Origin: a virus
Taxonomy: Duplodnaviria; Caudoviricetes
DNA: 43,414 nucleotides
Virus record (IMG/VR): IMGVR_UViG_3300036943_000395
Span: 1-43,414 of that record
Strand: one strand, 5' to 3'
Shown: positions 26,424 through 35,874 of the stretch, piece after piece
Position numbering within the stretch: position 1 is the first letter of the stretch
How the letters are laid out: each line of letters begins with the position of its first letter
Position numbers and translations under genes: made by a program
Notes under the pieces: generated by a model
What the model saw: only the letters and a program-made list of their open reading frames with translations
Database searches by the model: none
What the model was told of the DNA's origin: nothing

Positions 26424-27805
26424 TGAATATCTTTAAAGCCATTAAAGTTTTATATGGTTTAGCAAAATCATATAGCAGTGGCAATAACTCAAAAACTGGT
26501 GACAGTGTGATTGATATGTGGGCAAAAGGAACTGATGTTAGACCAAACGACGTTATGTCTTTATTATCAGCTTACAGAAACCTGGTTTACACGTGTGCCA
26601 AAACAAACGCAGAAAACATCGCAAAACAGAAAATCCACCTTTATGCTATTGTACCGAGAACTAAAAAGCAATCTAACTTTATGCTGATGGATTTATCACC
26701 CACTGAAATTGCTAACTTAGGTATTACTTCCCCGAATGAAATCAAAAGCGTTCTTAAATATAATGACGAACTTGATGTAAAAGAAGTAATTGATCACCCA
26801 TTCCTCGACCTTTTCAATAATCCAGGAAACAACCTAACATATTTTGAATTTATGACACTAACCATATTGTTTTTGGAATTGACAGGCGATGCTTACTGGA
26901 AACCAAATCCAGATATGACAGAACTGACTATGCTCTACCCTCAGTATATGTCGATAACATCAAAAAATAATATGTATCCAGATGAATATATATTTAACGG
27001 AACTGTGAGGATCATGCCCGACGATATAGTGCACGTTAAATACCCAAATCCACAATCTTATTTACACGGGAAGTCACCATTGTCTGCCGTGTGTGATGCT
27101 GTTGATATCGAAAACTATTCTAACACGTATGGTAAAAGCATTTTAAAAAATTCTGGTGTTCTTGCAGGATACTTTAGAACGGATTTAAATCTGGGAGATG
27201 CAGAATTTGATAGAATTAAAGCCGAACTGCAAAAATATAAAGGATTTAAAAATGCCGGAAAAACACCACTATTAGATAACGGTCTTACATACGAACCTGT
27301 AGCTATCTCACCAGAAAAACTATTCAATATCATGGCAAACAAAAAAACGGAGAAAGATATTGCTAGAGCGTTTGGATTACCAATATCAAAAATTGATGTA
27401 GATAATGTCAACAAAGCCAACGCTGCCGAAGGCTCAAACGATTATGAAAGAGAAACTCTGTTACCGAAAAATATATTTTTGCAACAAGTGATTAATAAAG
27501 GTATAATATCGAAGTATCCACAGAAAAAAGGCGTAAAGCTGTTTTGCGCATTTGATAACCCAGCTAAAGAAGATAACAACTTGATGCTCAAGAAAATGGT
27601 TGAGTATATCAAGTGGGGCGTGTTTTCTCCAAATGAAGTAAGGAAGTTTGAGGGATACGCACCACGTAATTACGGAGATGATTACTTGATACCGGTAAAT
27701 TATACGATTAGTAATGGGAAGGATTGGAGAGATCAACAGCAAGCAAATAATAACGGAGGTAAGAATAATGAAAACGAATCCAAATCCGAAAATAACGGAG
27801 AATAG
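26420..27805 (+). CDS. Portal protein (HK97-like)
   Basis: VY.C....A.NIA, HPFLDL..NP, LELTGDAYW, G.SPL, NAGK, IARAFGLP, SPNEVR..EG..P...GD. Confidence 0.95.
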   Translation: MMNIFKAIKVLYGLAKSYSSGNNSKTGDSVIDMWAKGTDVRPNDVMSLLSAYRNLVYTCAKTNAENIAKQKIHLYAIVPRTKKQSNFMLMDLSPTEIANLGITSPNEIKSVLKYNDELDVKEVIDHPFLDLFNNPGNNLTYFEFMTLTILFLELTGDAYWKPNPDMTELTMLYPQYMSITSKNNMYPDEYIFNGTVRIMPDDIVHVKYPNPQSYLHGKSPLSAVCDAVDIENYSNTYGKSILKNSGVLAGYFRTDLNLGDAEFDRIKAELQKYKGFKNAGKTPLLDNGLTYEPVAISPEKLFNIMANKKTEKDIARAFGLPISKIDVDNVNKANAAEGSNDYERETLLPKNIFLQQVINKGIISKYPQKKGVKLFCAFDNPAKEDNNLMLKKMVEYIKWGVFSPNEVRKFEGYAPRNYGDDYLIPVNYTISNGKDWRDQQQANNNGGKNNENESKSENNGE

Positions 27806-28622
27806 AGGAACTCTGCTGATGGAAAGAAGAAACGGAGGATTTATAACTAAAACTACCAGTGTAAATAATGAAGAAAGGAGCGTGATTAAATATGTTTCCA
27901 CACCAACACTCGACAGATATAATGAGATTGTTATCCAGGAAGGGATTGACCTTGCGAACTTCCGTAAAAATCCAGTGGTTTTATATGCCCATAACCAAGG
28001 TGATGGAATATTTGGTGGAGGATACCCAACCCTGCCGATCGCAAAAGACCTTTGGATCAAGTTTGACGGTAGCGGATTACTTGCGAAGCAAAAATATAAT
28101 CAAACAAGCCTAGCTACTGAGATATTCCAGATGCATTTAGATGGATTCTACTTGGCTTCATCTATTGGCTTTATGCCACTAGAATACAGAGCAAGATGGA
28201 AATATTCAGATGAAGAATGGGCTGAACAGGTTAATAAACTAGCAAAAGATTTCACTTTAGATGTAAATCTAGCGTTACAAGCTGATTTCATTATCACAAA
28301 AAGTGAGCTTTATGAACACAGTGACGTTCCTGTTCCAGCTAATCCGGAAGCATTAACAAACGCTTTTAAAAGCGGTTACGAACTGAAGTATCTCGCTAAA
28401 GATTTTGAACTTTTGAAAACAAAAAGCGTTATAAATGCTTTAGAACAAAGATTATCCGTACTTGAAGAAAGGTTTGAAAATGATGTTAAGAAACTACAGG
28501 GTAAAAAAGTTCTTGACATAAAGAAAGCTAAAACACAAACTACATCCCGAATAAGTGAGATTCTGAAAAATTTATCCAATGATCTGGATAAAATGTCAGA
28601 AAGAAACTCAGGAACGTTGTGA
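27768..28622 (+). CDS. Prohead maturation protease (HK97/S78 type)
   Basis: ST..LDRYNE, F.KNPVVLYAH, SIGF.P, ELYEHS.VPVPANPEAL; GGAGG before ATG 27768. Confidence 0.92.
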   Translation: MKTNPNPKITENRGTLLMERRNGGFITKTTSVNNEERSVIKYVSTPTLDRYNEIVIQEGIDLANFRKNPVVLYAHNQGDGIFGGGYPTLPIAKDLWIKFDGSGLLAKQKYNQTSLATEIFQMHLDGFYLASSIGFMPLEYRARWKYSDEEWAEQVNKLAKDFTLDVNLALQADFIITKSELYEHSDVPVPANPEALTNAFKSGYELKYLAKDFELLKTKSVINALEQRLSVLEERFENDVKKLQGKKVLDIKKAKTQTTSRISEILKNLSNDLDKMSERNSGTL

Positions 28623-28676
28623 TCTGGAGATGCCTTAGAAGTATCAGGATCGTTTAAAACTAATTAAGAGGAAATT

Positions 28677-29909
28677 ATGGAAAACGAAGAAAAAAACACA
28701 GTAGATGAAAATGCACAAGAACCAGAAGTGACTACGACTACTGATAATCCAGAACTTGATCAGATTGAAGAGTTAGTAAAAGGGATACCTGATGCGATAA
28801 CCAAAGCCGTAAGGGTAGAGGTACTCAAAAGGTTATCTCAGGTTGATAAATCCCTTGCCAATATTTCTGTGACAGAACCTGGTGATCTGGAAACCAAAGG
28901 GTTTAAATCTTTTGGTGAGTTTGTGCAGACATCAATCAAGTTCTTCACAAACAGAGAAATGGATTCAAGATTAAAAGCATTGTTCAACGAATCTGTTGGA
29001 GAAGATGGCGGGATGCTAGTTCCTACAGCTTATTCAACTATGCTTCTTAACGATGCTATGGAACAGTCACAGTTGTGGTCTCTTGCCAGAGATATTCCAA
29101 TTGAAACCAACTCTGTTGATATGCCAACCATCAGTAACTATGATGAATCATCTGGAAGCTACTACGGTGGCTTGAAAGGTCGCTGGATAGCTGAGGGACA
29201 GGCGGGAACTGAGGAACAGGCAAAGTTCGATCTTGTGAACTTAAAAATCAAAGACTTTATGATTTTATGTCCAATCACAAACGATTTGCTTGAAGATAGC
29301 CCAATATCCATCGAACCTATCGTGAGAACGTTAATGTCAAACGCTTTGGCATTAGGTCTTGATGATGTGTTCATTAACGGAACTGGTGTAGGTCAGCCTG
29401 TTGGTTTGATTAACGGAGCTTGTAAGTTATCCCAAACCGCAGAAGATGGACAGACCGCCGCAACCATCACAACCGAAAACGTTTTGAATATGAGAAGCAG
29501 ATTACTAACGGAAGCAGTTGGTGGTTCTTACTGGATGATTAATCCAGATTGCTTTACTCAGATTATGAAGCTAGTTTTAGCGGTTGGTACAGGCGGTGTT
29601 CCTCTGTTCACATTCAATATGGCAAATGCTCCACAGGGAGCTTTACTTGGCAGACCTATTATCTGGACTGATTATTGCCAGACACTTGGAACTGAAGGTG
29701 ATATCATTCTCACAAACCCAAACTACTACCTGAAAGCAAATAAGTCAGCAGATATGAAAGCATCTGATGAAGTGTATTTCTCTTATAACAAGAGACTTAT
29801 TCGCTTAATATACAGATGTGATGGGCAGCCTTGGATGAGTAAAGCTAAAACTTACAGATACTCATCTACCACCAGAAGTCCAATTATAACCCTCGCAACA
29901 AGGAGTTAA
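28677..29909 (+). CDS. Major capsid protein, HK97 fold
   Basis: FKSFGEF, DGG.LVP, W.AEG, T.DLLEDS, FINGTGVGQP.G, LLGRPI, R.DGQP. Confidence 0.95.
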   Translation: MENEEKNTVDENAQEPEVTTTTDNPELDQIEELVKGIPDAITKAVRVEVLKRLSQVDKSLANISVTEPGDLETKGFKSFGEFVQTSIKFFTNREMDSRLKALFNESVGEDGGMLVPTAYSTMLLNDAMEQSQLWSLARDIPIETNSVDMPTISNYDESSGSYYGGLKGRWIAEGQAGTEEQAKFDLVNLKIKDFMILCPITNDLLEDSPISIEPIVRTLMSNALALGLDDVFINGTGVGQPVGLINGACKLSQTAEDGQTAATITTENVLNMRSRLLTEAVGGSYWMINPDCFTQIMKLVLAVGTGGVPLFTFNMANAPQGALLGRPIIWTDYCQTLGTEGDIILTNPNYYLKANKSADMKASDEVYFSYNKRLIRLIYRCDGQPWMSKAKTYRYSSTTRSPIITLATRS

Positions 29910-29911
29910 GT

Positions 29912-30382
29912 ATGAATCCATTAGAAGTAAAAAACCCAGTAGTGCTTCAACCACCTACAACAACTAACGGCGGATTCTCATCAACCTATATGCCAGTAAA
30001 GAACTTCCAGGAGATTGTTATTTTCTGTATCTTTACGCAGGCTGTCGGTCATGCCACAACAGCTTCCGTGTATGAAGCAACTAACTCATCCGGAGGTAGT
30101 GCGCAAGCGATAACAAAAACGCTGCCTGTTTGGCTTAATACCGATATATCTTTAACATCTGTTTTGACACGCCAAACAGATGCTAAACTTGCAACACTGG
30201 CAGCTACTGCGAAAAACCAGATAGCAATGTTCAAAATCGATCCATCACTGATGGATTTGGAAGATAGCATGGATCATATTGGAATTGTTGTATCAGACTC
30301 ATCTCAGGCTACTAACTTCTGTACAATTCTGGCTATCGGTACACCGAGATACACTGGTCATGATCAAGTATCCCACGTTTAA
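29912..30382 (+). CDS. Putative head decoration/structural protein
   Basis: Follows MCP; Thr/Ala/Ser-rich beta protein ending in PRY. Confidence 0.6.
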   Translation: MNPLEVKNPVVLQPPTTTNGGFSSTYMPVKNFQEIVIFCIFTQAVGHATTASVYEATNSSGGSAQAITKTLPVWLNTDISLTSVLTRQTDAKLATLAATAKNQIAMFKIDPSLMDLEDSMDHIGIVVSDSSQATNFCTILAIGTPRYTGHDQVSHV

Positions 30383-30394
30383 TGGGAGGTGATT

Positions 30395-31162
30395 ATGAGT
30401 ATGAAATCAATTTACGAAAGACAGAACTTGTTTTTTTACGATGGTGTTTATAACCCATCAGCTAAAAACGGTGTTTGGGCTGAGTGTCCAATATTAGCTC
30501 TTTTGGCTGATCCTAATCTTGGAACTGTGTTTTATGAGGATTTTGTTAACTATGTTGGCAGAAACTCATCCACATTCCTTGGAGGGTATGTAACATCACT
30601 ATCAAGTTCTGGTACTATGGGAATAACCGATGCTGAGGATGGCGTCCTACACCTCGATTCTGGCGGTGTTACAGCAGGACACGGAATCACTGTGCAAAAA
30701 GTCGGTGAAAGAAACGCCTTGGCATCCGATAAAGAACTTTGGCTTGAAGCAAAGTTCAAAGTTGGTAGCGTATCAAAAGCCAATATATTTATTGGACTAG
30801 CAGAAACCAACTCAGACCTGATGGTTGATGGTGATCTTGACGCAAGTTCAGAATATCTTGGTTTTGGTGTTGAATCTGGTGGCGGAGGTTCGTTAAAACT
30901 TATATGTGCTAACGGAGCTACAGAGCTATCCGATGTTGTAGCAAACCTCACAAGCGATACATACGTCAGAGCAGGTATCCATGTTGACAAAGACTTGGTG
31001 ATCACAGCCTTTATCAATGATGCTGAGGTAACGCTTACTAATGTTGTTACAGCTTATCTGCCAGATGCTTTGATGAAACCAACGTTTATTTGTCAGTCTG
31101 ATGGAAGTGCTGAACAGCCAACATTGGATGTTGATTATATGAAAGTAGTGCAGATCAGGTAA
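30395..31162 (+). CDS. Putative virion protein with concanavalin/LamG-like beta-sandwich
   Basis: FYEDF, LWLEAKFK, IFIGLA, ITAFIND, LDVDYMKV strand pattern. Confidence 0.55.
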   Translation: MSMKSIYERQNLFFYDGVYNPSAKNGVWAECPILALLADPNLGTVFYEDFVNYVGRNSSTFLGGYVTSLSSSGTMGITDAEDGVLHLDSGGVTAGHGITVQKVGERNALASDKELWLEAKFKVGSVSKANIFIGLAETNSDLMVDGDLDASSEYLGFGVESGGGGSLKLICANGATELSDVVANLTSDTYVRAGIHVDKDLVITAFINDAEVTLTNVVTAYLPDALMKPTFICQSDGSAEQPTLDVDYMKVVQIR

Positions 31163-31185
31163 CTCCCTCACTTGCGCTTTCTCAA

Positions 31186-31206
31186 GAGGGGCGTTTATCG
31201 CCCCTC
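31186..31206 (+). terminator. Hairpin after head genes
   Basis: gaggggcg-tttat-cgcccctc; no U tract. Confidence 0.45.
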
Positions 31207-31220
31207 ACATTGGAGGTTAT

Positions 31221-32300
31221 ATGTTGGTTACAATATCTGATGTTAAGTCTTACTGCAATGCAGATAATCAGACTATTACTATCTATGAAAACAATAAAAA
31301 TTTGTATTTCAAAAGGAGCAGTGGAGCATCAACCCTTTGTGAGCTAACAGCTGACACTTACACCCCTGGAGGGTTAGCCGCTCACGTTCAAGCAGTTCTC
31401 AGGGCTGAATTTGAAGTTGATAGCTTACACTGCTCTTGGAATGATACAACCAACAAGTTTACCATAAGCGCCGATGGTGATGATGAAACTATCCAATACA
31501 TACACTCAAATTCTACTGCTGGTTATTCTATCGGGTTTACAGAGGATTCGGAAGCATCAAACTCAATATCTTCTAATATAGAAATAGTTGACAGAACAGC
31601 AACATTGACAATAATATATAACGCTGTTGATAAGTTTGTTAAAAATTTCACCAAAAGAAACATAGAGGCTGCCGATTATACTGGATTATACAGGATTTAT
31701 TCATTTATGGTTACACTGGATGATTTTCCTGTTAATTCTGTATCTGTAGTGTCTGATGATTTGTTCAACCCAATAAGGCTTTATAATGCCGATGATTATA
31801 TCGGAGTTAAGTACGCATCTCAAACATTGACGTTCTCAGATGGAAACACTATAGATGTGTCTGCACTATCAACATTATCCGATTTAGTCACAGCTATAAA
31901 CAGCGTTGGTAATGGAACTACTGCCAGTATATTAAGTAGTGAATATTCAAGCCTATCTGTTAGCAGGATGCTTGATTTTCCACCACACAAACTGAATAAT
32001 TGTGATATCCCTTGTTACGGCGAAATAGCATCAAATTACACTCTGCTGGAAAATCAGGGTATCATGAAGTTTGGGAAAAGTTCTGGTGAAGTATATATCG
32101 AGTATAATGCTGGGTACAGTACAATTCCTTACGATTTGAAAGATTGTGTGTTGCAGATTACCAGGCACTTGTATAACAGATGGCTTGAAAACACAAACGG
32201 GTTATCTAGTTATAAATTAGATGATGAATACACTGTTTATAGAACCATACCTAATGTGGCGAAGCTCTTTCTTAATTCATACAGGAAGATAAAATGTTAA
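31221..32300 (+). CDS. Head-tail connector (gp6/gp15-like adaptor) with large insertions
   Basis: N-terminal LVT.SDVK.Y, FVKNFTKR, C-terminal IEY.AGY..IP.DLK..VL.....LY...L..YR. Confidence 0.75.
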   Translation: MLVTISDVKSYCNADNQTITIYENNKNLYFKRSSGASTLCELTADTYTPGGLAAHVQAVLRAEFEVDSLHCSWNDTTNKFTISADGDDETIQYIHSNSTAGYSIGFTEDSEASNSISSNIEIVDRTATLTIIYNAVDKFVKNFTKRNIEAADYTGLYRIYSFMVTLDDFPVNSVSVVSDDLFNPIRLYNADDYIGVKYASQTLTFSDGNTIDVSALSTLSDLVTAINSVGNGTTASILSSEYSSLSVSRMLDFPPHKLNNCDIPCYGEIASNYTLLENQGIMKFGKSSGEVYIEYNAGYSTIPYDLKDCVLQITRHLYNRWLENTNGLSSYKLDDEYTVYRTIPNVAKLFLNSYRKIKC

Positions 32301-32602
32301 GAAAAAGAGTTACAGGTTATTTGCATGATTCAAGCTATGTGGCTGATTCTATAGGTTCACGAACCGAAGCGGAATCTGTTTTAGCTAGGCTTGATGGTGC
32401 ACTTGTAACTAAGGATTCTGATAACATTGTTATGTATTCTAAAGATAGCGAACGTGTGAAGTTCTATTTTTATGCTCTTATCAGGGGAATTGATGTACTT
32501 CCAGATATGAAACTTCGTATCGAAAACAGGTTTTATAAGATAATCCATGTTGAGCATCTTAATAGCTTCAATTATAAGTTACACTTGGAGGGTTTATGGT
32601 AG
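32294..32602 (+). CDS. Head closure/stopper protein
   Basis: Position; D.IG, DV...M.L.I..R.Y.I..V pattern. Confidence 0.65.
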   Translation: MLRKRVTGYLHDSSYVADSIGSRTEAESVLARLDGALVTKDSDNIVMYSKDSERVKFYFYALIRGIDVLPDMKLRIENRFYKIIHVEHLNSFNYKLHLEGLW

Positions 32603-32988
32603 TGATATATGATTACCAAGCCCTTGAAGGGATAAAAGATCGCTGGTTTAAATTTAGAGTGAAGATTGCTGGTGAAAACCTTAAAGATTATGTAAAACTA
32701 GGTATGGAAACAACGGAACGTGACACGTCAAAATCATACCTAATAAACACAGATCAAGGTGCAATGATTCACCACCCATCGTTTCCAGGTGAGTTCCCAG
32801 CAGTGATGCTTGGAAATCTCATTAATAGCTTAGATTATGAGATAGAGGATGATGTTTTTAGATTCGGTGTTTTGCCAAAAGGATCTGAATCAATCGGATA
32901 TGCTCTATATCTTGAGATGGGAACAATGAGAGCTGCACCTAGACCATGGTTGACGTTCGCTATGGAACACGCTAAAAGGATTATATAA
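32596..32988 (+). CDS. HK97 gp10-like tail completion protein
   Basis: S.PGE.PA...G.L.NS, YA.YLE.GT...APRPWL. Confidence 0.85.
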   Translation: MVVIYDYQALEGIKDRWFKFRVKIAGENLKDYVKLGMETTERDTSKSYLINTDQGAMIHHPSFPGEFPAVMLGNLINSLDYEIEDDVFRFGVLPKGSESIGYALYLEMGTMRAAPRPWLTFAMEHAKRII

Positions 32989-33419
32989 TGTTAGATGTAT
33001 TAGCAGGGTTTTATTCAAAACTATCCAACAACGCCACGTTAAAAGGATATATAAGCGATAGGTTTTTTTACGGTATCGCTCCTAAGAGTGGTGAGCTAAA
33101 CCCAGATAAATACGATGGAACATCATATCCTTATTTAGTGTTTCAGAAGATTATGGCAACAAAGTCTTTTAGTCAAGATTCAACCTATCACACCTTGACT
33201 ATACAGATAGATTGTTGTGATAAAAACTCAAGTGCTGTTAATATCGAAACTATTGCTGGTGTTATTGATGGAATGCTTAACTTAAGAGATGGATCAATAA
33301 CTATTGCAGAAAATTATGTTTTAATATATGTTAAAAAAATTTATGAAGCTACGATACCTGATAGTGATAACGTATGGCGTTATACTGCAAGGTTTGAGCT
33401 TGAAGTCCAGGAGGTATAA
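32988..33419 (+). CDS. Tail terminator (DUF3168/gp17-like)
   Basis: L..YI.DR.F...AP, YPYLVF, IQID. Confidence 0.78.
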   Translation: MLDVLAGFYSKLSNNATLKGYISDRFFYGIAPKSGELNPDKYDGTSYPYLVFQKIMATKSFSQDSTYHTLTIQIDCCDKNSSAVNIETIAGVIDGMLNLRDGSITIAENYVLIYVKKIYEATIPDSDNVWRYTARFELEVQEV

Positions 33420-33848
33420 ATGAAATTATCAGGAATTGGTGGTGGTGTGTTTTATAGTGCTAGCTTATCAAGTGCTTCTGATGGTACGTGTCTCGGCAGT
33501 ATAAACGGTTATGAACTTACATACGAGACTGATGTACATGAAGCATCTGAGTTTAGTTGCAGTGCCGCACAAGCAACCACAAAAGATCATGTGGCTGGTT
33601 TATCTGGTTGGTCAGTAAACGTTGATGCAAATCTAACTAACGAAGATCACAGGGTATCACCAGGCACAAAATACAGATTATTCCTTAGATGTGGTGCATC
33701 TGGAAGCAGTTATTTGTATTATTACGGTAATGCAATTTGCGCCGGATATACACAGGGTCAGAATCTGAATGAAGCAGGTAAAAGAGGTTATTCTTTCACA
33801 GGATGTGGAGCATTAACCGCAACAGTTTTAGGCGCATCTGCGCTGTAA
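33420..33848 (+). CDS. Major tail tube protein
   Basis: Position; K..VAGL.GWS, YYG.A, YSFTG.GAL. Confidence 0.8.
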   Translation: MKLSGIGGGVFYSASLSSASDGTCLGSINGYELTYETDVHEASEFSCSAAQATTKDHVAGLSGWSVNVDANLTNEDHRVSPGTKYRLFLRCGASGSSYLYYYGNAICAGYTQGQNLNEAGKRGYSFTGCGALTATVLGASAL

Positions 33849-33859
33849 TGGAGAAGATC

Positions 33860-35302
33860 ATGGCAGTCCAAACCAAAAAGCATTTAGTATCTGTTATTAT
33901 AATCAATAGCAGAGGTGAAACAGATTGGCTTAAAGAGTGTATAGATTCTATTAAGTTTCAAACTTATGGGATTGATAATATTGAGTTAATCGTTGAAGAT
34001 AACACAGATAAATCAAGAAGTATCGGGAAAGCATGGAATGATGCTGTAAAAAAGGCAACAGGGAAATTCTGTTTGTTTGTTGGCGATGATGATATAATAA
34101 GGGCATCTTATATTGATGATCTTGTGTCAACATACGAGCGCACGATCGAAGCATATCCAAACCTTAAGGCTGTGACAAGCTATTTAACAGCTTTCACGGG
34201 AAGCGGGTCGGAGACAAAAGTCAAAAAATACGATAGATATGTTACCGGAATGATAGACAGGGAGTTTTTACTTCAAAACCCATTTGATGAAATTCGGATA
34301 AACCGTGTTGATACAGATTGGTATAACAAACACGGTAAGGTTACAACCTGCGCTTTTTGGAATCATGGCTATATGTATAGAGGTCATCCAGATCAAATAT
34401 CTAAAAATGGCATAATCAACAAGCAGTTTGATAACGTGTTTTTCTGTAACAACACCCATTTTCTTACAGATTTTATTGCAGATAACTTTGATCATGAAAA
34501 AACAATACTGTTACCTTCTTACGATCATCTGCAAGACAGAAACGCAAAATTGGTATTTTGTGATTTTGGCAGTGATGCTGCTGTTGAGGTGTCACGAAGC
34601 AAAAGTACAGCCAAAAAGTTTTTGAGGGTTCACAGGTTTTCAGCTCACACCCCTCTTATTTATAAAATTAATTTTGAGGGCTTCCAGACCACTATTTTTA
34701 CGTCTTACCACGTCAAAAGGTATGTTGAGACTAAGCTCTCAAAAACCGTCAAAAATAGCGTTGTAATTCCTTTAGGAGTTGACGTTGAAAAATTCAAAAT
34801 CAAAAGACCTAACGAACCTGTTAGAAAAAACAAGATTGGCATAGTTGGATATATTAATCGTAAAAAAGGGTTTACGATGTTAAAGCCTTTGGCAAGATCG
34901 TATCCGAACTTTGAGTTCCATATATTGGGTCAATATCAAGATGAAGCGTTAAGACAGTACATTACAGAGAAATCATCACCAAACATATTTATTCATTCGT
35001 GGCGCAACAACCCGGCAGACTTCTACAACCAAATTGATTATATTTTATCTTTATCTTATGTTGAATCACAACAAATGTCAATCCTTGAGGGGATGGCATG
35101 CGGGTGTAAACCTCTTGTACATGGTAATTGGATAGGTAGTAACGATATTTACCTTCCTGAGCATTGCTGGCATAGTTTTCAAGAGTTTGATAAGTTATTG
35201 GCAGAGAAAATCGAAAACAGAAATCAGTACAGAGAGTACGTGACTATGAAATTTAACAAAGCAATTCAGGATAAGAAATTGCTTGATATTATAAGGAGCT
35301 AA
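33860..35302 (+). CDS. Bifunctional glycosyltransferase (GT2/GT-A N-terminal + GT4/GT-B C-terminal)
   Basis: VSVII...L.ECIDSI..QTY, AWN.AV..ATG.F..FVGDDD; then IPLGVD..KF, VG.I..KKG, S..ESQQMSILEGMACG. Confidence 0.9.
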   Translation: MAVQTKKHLVSVIIINSRGETDWLKECIDSIKFQTYGIDNIELIVEDNTDKSRSIGKAWNDAVKKATGKFCLFVGDDDIIRASYIDDLVSTYERTIEAYPNLKAVTSYLTAFTGSGSETKVKKYDRYVTGMIDREFLLQNPFDEIRINRVDTDWYNKHGKVTTCAFWNHGYMYRGHPDQISKNGIINKQFDNVFFCNNTHFLTDFIADNFDHEKTILLPSYDHLQDRNAKLVFCDFGSDAAVEVSRSKSTAKKFLRVHRFSAHTPLIYKINFEGFQTTIFTSYHVKRYVETKLSKTVKNSVVIPLGVDVEKFKIKRPNEPVRKNKIGIVGYINRKKGFTMLKPLARSYPNFEFHILGQYQDEALRQYITEKSSPNIFIHSWRNNPADFYNQIDYILSLSYVESQQMSILEGMACGCKPLVHGNWIGSNDIYLPEHCWHSFQEFDKLLAEKIENRNQYREYVTMKFNKAIQDKKLLDIIRS

Positions 35303-35304
35303 GC

Positions 35305-35694
35305 ATGGCAAACGATGTAATTAAAGCTAACACCGCTATACCAATCAATGTTGGTGGCAAAACTTACAGAATGAGACAGATAACAATTGGTATTCTTTCA
35401 CGCCTAAGTGAAAAAATGACAGAAAAAGCCCTGGAAAAAGTTGATAAAATCTATGGAAGTGAAAGACCTGAATCATACTACGCCGAAAGAAAAGAAATTA
35501 TCCTTGAAGAAGATCCATTAAAGTGCCTAAGCAAGTTGGATACCTATTCAATGATGTATTTGATTTATTTAAGACTGGATTCTTGTGATATAACGTTTGA
35601 GGAGTTCTATAACAATCTCACCAGCGATGATGTTGAGGAATTGTCAAGAACTGCTTTTGCGGATATGGAGGAATCCTCTGAATCGGGGGAGTAG
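35305..35694 (+). CDS. Tail assembly chaperone (gpG-like)
   Basis: Upstream of tape measure; I.VGGK.Y.M..ITIG; ends in G GGG GAG TAG. Confidence 0.75.
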   Translation: MANDVIKANTAIPINVGGKTYRMRQITIGILSRLSEKMTEKALEKVDKIYGSERPESYYAERKEIILEEDPLKCLSKLDTYSMMYLIYLRLDSCDITFEEFYNNLTSDDVEELSRTAFADMEESSESGE

Positions 35695-35873
35695 ATTTTG
35701 ATTCTGTTTTTCCCGTGCTCAGCAGTCACTATGGTTTCACTCCAAATCAAATTATGGAGATACCAATGAAAGCTATCACGGTTTATCTTAAAGCGTTATC
35801 TGATAAAGATGAGAAAACAACAACAATGGAACAGCACAGACAGTTCATGCGTGATTTTGGACTAAGAAGGTAA
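35685..35873 (+). CDS. -1 frameshift extension of tail assembly chaperone (gpGT-like)
   Basis: -1 frame open from GGGGGAG to TAA 35873: GVDFDSVFPVLSSHYGFTPNQIMEIPMKAI... Confidence 0.72.
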   Translation, partial: GGVDFDSVFPVLSSHYGFTPNQIMEIPMKAITVYLKALSDKDEKTTTMEQHRQFMRDFGLRR

Positions 35874-35874
35874 A

